Below are positions 58,987 through 64,000 of a DNA stretch of 64,000 bases, piece by piece. Position 1 is the first letter of the stretch. Every line of letters begins with the position of its first letter. The translations under genes and the position numbers were made by a program. Under the pieces are notes generated by a model that had not been told where the DNA came from, ran no database searches, and saw nothing but the letters and a program-made list of their open reading frames with translations. Origin of the DNA: a virus; IMG/VR virus record IMGVR_UViG_3300011271_000004, positions 1 through 64,000 of that record. The stretch is one strand, 5' to 3'.

Positions 58987-59667
58987 ATGATGGGCGAAAC
59001 GCACATGCTGGGCGGCGTGGCCGCCTGGGCCGGCATCTGCGCCCTGGCGCAGCCAACACCAGGGGTGGTGGTGGCCGGTGCGGGGCTGGCCGTAGCTGGC
59101 GGCCTGGCCCCCGACATCGACCACCGCCGCGCCGACGCCGCGCAGATCGCACGCGGCGCAGGGTGGGCCGCCGTGGCCGCCGGGGGTCTGCTGGCCCTCG
59201 CCGCCACCTCGGTGTCACCGTGGCACCGGTACTGGCCGGCCATCGTGGCCGCCGGGCTGCTGGTGGCGTCGCTGCCGTGGGTGACCCGGCCCCGCTGCGG
59301 CGGCCACTTCCGTGGCCCCGTCCACTCCATGTGGGGCCTGGCCGCCGCCATCGCCCTGGCCCTCGGCCCCGCCGCGTTCGGGCTGTGGCCCGGGTGGGCT
59401 GGCGTAGCGGTCATAGCCGGGTGGTGCAGCCACCTGGTGCTGGACGCCATGACCAAGGAAGGCATCCCGCTGGCGTGGAACCTGCTGACCGGCGACCCTG
59501 GCCCCCGGTTCGCCTTCCTGCCCCGCGACGCCTCTATGACCACCGGGGGCAAGCGGCGCGGCAGGAAGTGGCGGCGGCGCAGCGGCCCCGAATACTGGCT
59601 GGTGCAACCCGCACTGATCTGCATTGCCGTGGTGGCAGCGTTCGCCACCCTGGGCAGCTACCGGTGA
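58987..59667 (+). CDS. membrane-bound metal-dependent hydrolase (YdjM/DUF457-like)
   Basis: ATG follows GGAGAGGAGCAGCCACG. THMLGG...PDIDH...HFRGPVHS...HLVLDAMTKEGIPL is His-rich motif spacing like DUF457. Confidence 0.55.
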   Translation: MMGETHMLGGVAAWAGICALAQPTPGVVVAGAGLAVAGGLAPDIDHRRADAAQIARGAGWAAVAAGGLLALAATSVSPWHRYWPAIVAAGLLVASLPWVTRPRCGGHFRGPVHSMWGLAAAIALALGPAAFGLWPGWAGVAVIAGWCSHLVLDAMTKEGIPLAWNLLTGDPGPRFAFLPRDASMTTGGKRRGRKWRRRSGPEYWLVQPALICIAVVAAFATLGSYR

Positions 59668-59972
59668 ACGCCGCCCGGTACGACGTGGCCGACCTTGGCG
59701 GGCGGGTGCTGGCCGTGGACGTCACCGCCAAGGAAGCCACCCGCCTGGTGGAAGCCTTCGGCGGCGCAGCCCGCGTCCGGTTCCACGGCGACGCCAGTAA
59801 CCAGGTGCCCCCAATGGCTGACCGTCATCCCCGGAGCTGGTGGTACGGGCTGGCCGGTGACATCGAGAACCTTGGGTACTGGTACAAGGCCGGCAGCCTG
59901 CGGCGTCGGCTTCACGACCGGCTGGCTGACGCCTGCCGCTGGTGGGGCCGGACTGGGGCACCCCGTGACTAG
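59664..59972 (+). CDS. hypothetical protein
   Basis: GTGA overlap at 59664. 102 aa. Confidence 0.45.
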   Translation: MNAARYDVADLGGRVLAVDVTAKEATRLVEAFGGAARVRFHGDASNQVPPMADRHPRSWWYGLAGDIENLGYWYKAGSLRRRLHDRLADACRWWGRTGAPRD

Positions 59973-60495
59973 CCGCTACCCCACCCCGCCGGATCTGCTG
60001 GCCGAGTACGAGGCCGCAGCCGGTGATCCGTTCGCCCAGGCCGCAGCCGTGCTCAAACTCAACCAGCGGCGCGGCCACGCCTATGCGCCGCTGCCTACAG
60101 GAGGTGTGCGCACTGTGACCGGCCCGACGATCCCACCGGATCTGTCGATCGTTGCCCACCGCGAATACGTGGGGGAACGGCCCCGCTCATCGCGCTGCCC
60201 GTGGCGCATCCACTGGGGCACCACCCCGGAAGCAACCACCCAGTGTGACAAACCCGAACACGTCACTACCGTGGCCGTGGACACCCTGGCCGGCGGGCGG
60301 CTGGCAGTCACCGTAGAAGGCGATGGCCACCACGACGGGCCGGGGCTGTATGACCACCAGCGGATTAGCTGGCTGGCCGGCGACCGCCGCGAATACCGGG
60401 GGGAATGGCCCGGCCCATGCGCCAAACTGCCCGGCCAGCCCCTAGCCGGCGGCTGCACCCTGCACACCGGCCACCACGGAAGGTGCGCGCCATGA
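59965..60495 (+). CDS. hypothetical Cys/His-containing protein
   Basis: In-frame GTG at 59965 overlaps the previous stop. 176 aa. Confidence 0.45.
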   Translation: MTSRYPTPPDLLAEYEAAAGDPFAQAAAVLKLNQRRGHAYAPLPTGGVRTVTGPTIPPDLSIVAHREYVGERPRSSRCPWRIHWGTTPEATTQCDKPEHVTTVAVDTLAGGRLAVTVEGDGHHDGPGLYDHQRISWLAGDRREYRGEWPGPCAKLPGQPLAGGCTLHTGHHGRCAP

Positions 60496-60845
60496 CCGGC
60501 CCCTACCCGTTTAACCCGGATTGGACGGTGGCCCCAGCCGCCGCCCTCCACGAGCTAATGACCGAACGGGGCTACACCGTGGCCCGCCTGGCCGCTGATA
60601 TGGCCACCACCACCTACGGCACCGGGCACTACTGGCCGGTGGCTAAGGCCGCCGCCGGCATCCGTGCCGTGCTGGCCCGCGAGCCGATGCCCGGGGAGTT
60701 CCCCGCCGCCATGTTCTACGCCCTAGGCGGCGTACCCTCGGCTAGCTTCTGGGCCAACTATGAGGTGCAGTACCGCACTGATCTGGCCGCCGGGCGCAAA
60801 GACACCACCGGCCCAACACCCGAGCCAAAGGAACGGGAGCAATGA
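60492..60845 (+). CDS. possible HTH protein
   Basis: ATGA overlap with the previous gene. LHELMTERGYTVARLAADM is HTH-like. Confidence 0.45.
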   Translation: MTGPYPFNPDWTVAPAAALHELMTERGYTVARLAADMATTTYGTGHYWPVAKAAAGIRAVLAREPMPGEFPAAMFYALGGVPSASFWANYEVQYRTDLAAGRKDTTGPTPEPKEREQ

Positions 60846-60976
60846 GCGCGGAGGCGGTCGCCGTCCTGGTCGCTTGCGTGGCCCGCCTGATCTCAGTGGC
60901 GTCGCTGGCGCACAACGTGCGTACTTACCACCGGCAGACCGGCTGGTGGGTACCCCCCAAGCCTGGGAGGCAGTGA
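60842..60976 (+). CDS. small hydrophobic protein
   Basis: 44 codons, below the ORF-track cutoff. Overlapping start and stop. Confidence 0.3.
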   Translation: MSAEAVAVLVACVARLISVASLAHNVRTYHRQTGWWVPPKPGRQ

Positions 60977-61473
60977 TGCCATCAGCTACCGCCACCGTGG
61001 CCACCCCCACCGGGGAACTGCGATGCGAGCGCACCCTGGAGGAGGTGCATTGGGAAGACGGCCCGGTGGAAACCTGGCAGCACACCGACGACCACGGCCA
61101 CGCCCACGCCTACCAGCAGCAGGCCGTACCCGGTGAGGTGTGGCGCAAAGGGAAACGGCGGCACGACCGCACCACCCACTACCCCACCCTGCGGCTGGTC
61201 ATCGACCGCCGGTACCGGTGCAACTGCACGGGCGACCCGCATTGGGTAGAAACCTCCCACTACGAGTGCACCCAGTGCCGCCAGGCCATTGAGCCCGCCC
61301 ACGGCCCCGGGTGCACGATGATCCCCACCTACGAGGCGTGGACCCTGGACGGGCAGCCCATCACCCGCGAACGCGGCCACGAACTACTCCAGGCCGCCCT
61401 GGCCGAACGGCAGCACCAGGCCCACACCGAGGTGGCCGCCCGCCTCGGCTACCCCGAGGAGTTCACCCGATGA
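60976..61473 (+). CDS. Cys/His-rich hypothetical protein
   Basis: In-frame ATG at 60976. CNCTGDPHW...YECTQC motif. Confidence 0.5.
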   Translation: MPSATATVATPTGELRCERTLEEVHWEDGPVETWQHTDDHGHAHAYQQQAVPGEVWRKGKRRHDRTTHYPTLRLVIDRRYRCNCTGDPHWVETSHYECTQCRQAIEPAHGPGCTMIPTYEAWTLDGQPITRERGHELLQAALAERQHQAHTEVAARLGYPEEFTR

Positions 61474-61880
61474 AAGGCACCTGGCAAACCACCAGCGGCG
61501 GAGGCGGCGCGGCCGTGGGCACCGCCCTGGTAATCCTGGGCGCGGCGTACCTGCTGGCCAAGGCCCCCGCCGCGCTCCACGCCGGCGGCGCATTCCTAGG
61601 CAACCTGGTCAGGCTAGCCGTCATCACCGCAGCCAGCCTCGCCACCCTGGCCGCCACCGCAACCGCCGCCGTGGTGCTGTACCGCCGCAGGCCCCCCCGC
61701 CAGGTGACACCGGCCTACCGGGCACGAGCCACCATGCTGCCATCCAGCCACCTGCCCATGCCCGCACCGCCACCAGCCAAGGCGCTGCCCGCCGCCCGCC
61801 AGGACGTGCACCTACACTTCCACGGCATGACCCCCGACCAGGTAGCCGAAGCCATCCGCCAAGCCCAGGCCCCCCAGTGA
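61470..61880 (+). CDS. membrane protein
   Basis: ATGA overlap with the previous gene. Two TM helices. Confidence 0.5.
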   Translation: MKGTWQTTSGGGGAAVGTALVILGAAYLLAKAPAALHAGGAFLGNLVRLAVITAASLATLAATATAAVVLYRRRPPRQVTPAYRARATMLPSSHLPMPAPPPAKALPAARQDVHLHFHGMTPDQVAEAIRQAQAPQ

Positions 61881-62050
61881 ACCGCGCCGCCGCCGCTGTC
61901 ACCTGGGCCATGGCCTGGCTCACCTGGCCCTACCTCACCCGCCAGCTACGCCGCGAAGGCTGGCACCGTGTGGGCTGGGCCACCTGGGAATCCCCCGACC
62001 CCATAAGCGGCGGCACCACCTGGATCCACCCCACTAAGGCCACCCCATGA
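61877..62050 (+). CDS. small Trp-rich protein
   Basis: GTGA overlap with the previous gene. 57 codons, below the ORF-track cutoff. Confidence 0.3.
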   Translation: MNRAAAAVTWAMAWLTWPYLTRQLRREGWHRVGWATWESPDPISGGTTWIHPTKATP

Positions 62051-62250
62051 CGCACGGCCCCAAAGCACGCCTTGCCTGGTACTGGCGCAGGCTCCGCCGC
62101 CAGCCCGCAACCGTGACCCGCCACCACGGCAGCGCATGGTTCACTGCCGTACTAGACCCCCGCCCACCCTGGCGCAGGCCCCGCCCACCTGACTGGACCG
62201 GCTGGCAAGAGCTAGGCGCAACCGAGGACGACCACCGGGGATGGCTATGA
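62047..62250 (+). CDS. small basic protein
   Basis: ATGA overlap with the previous gene. 67 aa. Confidence 0.4.
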   Translation: MTHGPKARLAWYWRRLRRQPATVTRHHGSAWFTAVLDPRPPWRRPRPPDWTGWQELGATEDDHRGWL

Positions 62251-63236
62251 CCCTGCCCGCACCACCACCCGGCCTCCCCCCAGAACAAGCCACCATCTGG
62301 GCCACCACCACCACCCAACTAACCAACCTCGGCATCACCCAAGTAGACCCACGCCATCTACGCGCCTACACCCGCACCGCCCACACCCTCGACCAAGCCA
62401 CCTACCTACTCGACCAAGCCGGACCCCTCATCAACCACGACGGCCGCGTAACCCCCAACCCAGCCGCCACCACCCACCGCACCGCCGCACGCGACCTAGC
62501 CCGCCTCGCAGTAACCCTCGGCCTCACCAGGCCCGCCGCCGCTCCTGCCAGGCATGATGCCGGGGTACCCATGGAAACGCCGCCGCCCCGGGCGCATGGT
62601 GCGCACGACCACTGGGGCGCGCGGTACTGCGAGGATCACAAGCGGTGGGAGTGCACCGGCCAGCGGTCCAAGGGCCGGGGGCAGTGCCACAAGCCAGCGT
62701 CGCGCGGGCTCAACACGTGCAACATGCACCAGGGCCGGGGCGGCAAGATCAAGCACCTGGCGGCGGTGGCGGAGCAGGAGGCGGTGCGCCTGGGCGGCCG
62801 GCTGCCCGGTGGGCGTGAGGCCCCGGAGATCCACCCGGCTGATGCGCTGTTGTACCAGGTCAGGTACTGGGCGGGGCTGTGCGGGTGGCTGGATGACATG
62901 GTGGCCGCGTTGGAGCAAGGCACCATGGTGTGGGGGCTGGTGCGGGAAACCGACGCCAGCGGCGGTGAGTACCCGGGGCGCACGACGATTCATGGGGCGG
63001 GCCTTGCGGTGTGGGTGCAGTGGCATGAGCGGGCGCACAAGCAACTGGCGTGGGTGTGTGAGATTGCGTTGCGCGCGGAGGTGGATCAGGCGGCGCTGGC
63101 GTTGCAGCAGGCCCAGGGGATGCAGGCGTTCCGCGCCTTCCAAGCTGGGCTCCAGCGGCTGGGCCTGACGGCGGATCAGTGGGCCACCGCCAGGGCGGTC
63201 ATGCCCCAGGTGCTGCGGGCGCTGGTGGCGGCGTGA
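62241..63236 (+). CDS. terS: terminase small subunit (P27-family N-terminal domain) with a long C-terminal extension
   Basis: LPPEQATIWATTTTQLTNLGITQVDPRHLRAYTRTAHTLDQATYLLDQAG...TPNPAATTHRTAARDLARLAVTLGLT fits the P27 small-terminase pattern. About 220 extra residues include a Cys/His cluster. Confidence 0.65.
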   Translation: MAMTLPAPPPGLPPEQATIWATTTTQLTNLGITQVDPRHLRAYTRTAHTLDQATYLLDQAGPLINHDGRVTPNPAATTHRTAARDLARLAVTLGLTRPAAAPARHDAGVPMETPPPRAHGAHDHWGARYCEDHKRWECTGQRSKGRGQCHKPASRGLNTCNMHQGRGGKIKHLAAVAEQEAVRLGGRLPGGREAPEIHPADALLYQVRYWAGLCGWLDDMVAALEQGTMVWGLVRETDASGGEYPGRTTIHGAGLAVWVQWHERAHKQLAWVCEIALRAEVDQAALALQQAQGMQAFRAFQAGLQRLGLTADQWATARAVMPQVLRALVAA

Positions 63237-63316
63237 ACGGGGAGGTGGCCGTAATGCTGGCGTTCATCGGGCTAGCAGCCCTAGCACTGCTGTTGATTGC
63301 GCTGGTGGCAGCGTGA
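63233..63316 (+). CDS. 27-aa hydrophobic peptide
   Basis: GTGA overlaps at both ends. Sequence MLAFIGLAALALLLIALVAA. Confidence 0.3.
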   Translation: MNGEVAVMLAFIGLAALALLLIALVAA

Positions 63317-63563
63317 ACCCGGGCGAATGGTTCCGCATTCTCTCTGGTGAGCACGAGGGGCGGTGGCACCTAGCCGGGTGGATGCTGACCGCGATCAAGA
63401 CGGAGCCGACCGGCCGCCTCGACACTGGCTGGGGCTTGGGATCTGCCCGCGCTGCCATGCGACAGTTATCACCGAGAACGCACCTGCCTACGGTGACCAG
63501 ACGTGGGCGCATGAGGACTGGCACGCCGCGACGGATTACCCGCACCCGGTGAAGGTGGCGTGA
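63313..63563 (+). CDS. small protein with an apparent -1 frame change near 63425-63440
   Basis: Frame A (VNPGEWFRILSGEHEGRWHLAGW...) loses coding bias near 63430. The -1 frame then reads ICPRCHATVITENAPAYGDQTWAHEDWH... up to 63563. Confidence 0.35.
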
Positions 63564-63718
63564 TCAGCGACGATGTTGCCCAGGCGCGGCGGGCGTGGCA
63601 GGCGCTGCTGATAGCCATGGTGCAACCGGCGTTCGCGCTGCCGATGGCCTGTTTGTGGCTGGCCTACGCTACCGGGTGCGTGGTGTGGTGGCTGTGGCTG
63701 CCGCTGCTGCGCGGGTAA
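63560..63718 (+). CDS. small membrane protein
   Basis: GTGA overlap with the previous gene. 52 codons with one TM helix. Confidence 0.35.
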   Translation: MISDDVAQARRAWQALLIAMVQPAFALPMACLWLAYATGCVVWWLWLPLLRG

Positions 63719-63912
63719 CCGGAGGGTGTACCGGCAGCGGCGGCCCGCAGGGTAGTTGCCGGCCGGTGAATGCCGGTAAGAACGATCAAGGGATGGGCTG
63801 GTGGGCAAATGCTAGCGGTAAACGGAGGCTGTGACTGCCGGTGCCACTTGTGGAGGCCGCGACGGTGGCGGCTGTGCCTGCGGTGTGGCCGCTACCCGGC
63901 GCAGGCGGCGGC

Positions 63913-64000
63913 ATGACGCGCCGGACGCTGGCCGAGGAGGCCGAGGAGGTGCGGGCCGCTGCCCGCGTACTGTTGGCGGCCATGCTGACCCGGGGCTACT
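63913..64000 (+). CDS. 5' end of a gene running off the window
   Basis: ATG at 63913 (an upstream in-frame GTG is possible). MTRRTLAEEAEEVRAAARVLLAAML... is still open at the window end. Confidence 0.3.
   Translation, partial: MTRRTLAEEAEEVRAAARVLLAAMLTRGY

Noticed and set aside
1-64000. Search by eye for tRNA/tmRNA genes, CRISPR repeats, integrase/recombinase, transposase and att-like repeats
   Set aside because: None was found. No cloverleaf-compatible segments turned up in the larger gaps (3.6, 27.6, 40.4, 43.2, 53.9 and 57.9 kb). There are no regularly spaced identical repeats of 25-40 bp, and no tyrosine or serine recombinase motifs in any ORF. Absence should be confirmed with tRNAscan-SE, minced and HMM searches.

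Overview
The window is very GC-rich (roughly 70% by eye, not computed). It looks like most of a siphovirus-type actinobacterial phage or prophage genome. No rRNA, tRNA, CRISPR array, integrase or transposase was recognised.

Layout:
(1) 1-27.6 kb, plus strand: virion and lysis module. It contains terL, a portal-MuF fusion, a protease/scaffold, two DUF2190-like paralogs, the major capsid, head-tail genes, the major tail, a G/T-type chaperone pair, a 1030-aa tape measure with an SLT domain, a 2193-aa multidomain tail protein, a minor tail protein, membrane and holin-like genes, and a GH25 lysin.
(2) 27.8-43.1 kb, minus strand: about 35 mostly small genes in many short operons. They include HTH and RHH regulators, an HNH endonuclease, a PD-(D/E)XK exonuclease with a putative annealing partner, and a Spo11/TopoVI-A-like protein. 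Two insulated secreted-protein morons sit in this arm: a DUF1996-like gene on the minus strand and a lipoprotein gene on the plus strand.
(3) 43.4-63.7 kb, plus strand: replication genes (initiator-like protein with internal iterons, DnaB-N/RecA-like ATPase, RuvC-like resolvase), a papain-like C1 peptidase, DUF932-like and DUF1643-like proteins, and a ParB-DNA methyltransferase fusion. Next comes a Streptomyces-plasmid-style transfer module: an RHH gene, a DUF2637-like membrane protein and a TraB/FtsK-like translocase, followed by a phased CTGACA repeat array. Small membrane and zinc-ribbon genes and a P27-type terS complete the arm.

Most notable observations:
(a) An approximately 65-bp promoter-operator-leader cassette is repeated at least 8 times.
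(b) A GGAGAGGAGC start-associated motif occurs about 25 times and only before non-structural genes.
(c) The conjugation-like TraB module has a candidate clt/TRS repeat array inside a tailed-phage genome.
(d) There are unusual cargo and enzymes: a TopoVI-A-like protein, a cytoplasmic papain-like protease and a DUF1996 moron.
(e) Three apparent -1 frame changes occur besides the G/T chaperone site.

All family names are assigned from motifs read by eye and from memory. No searches were run.
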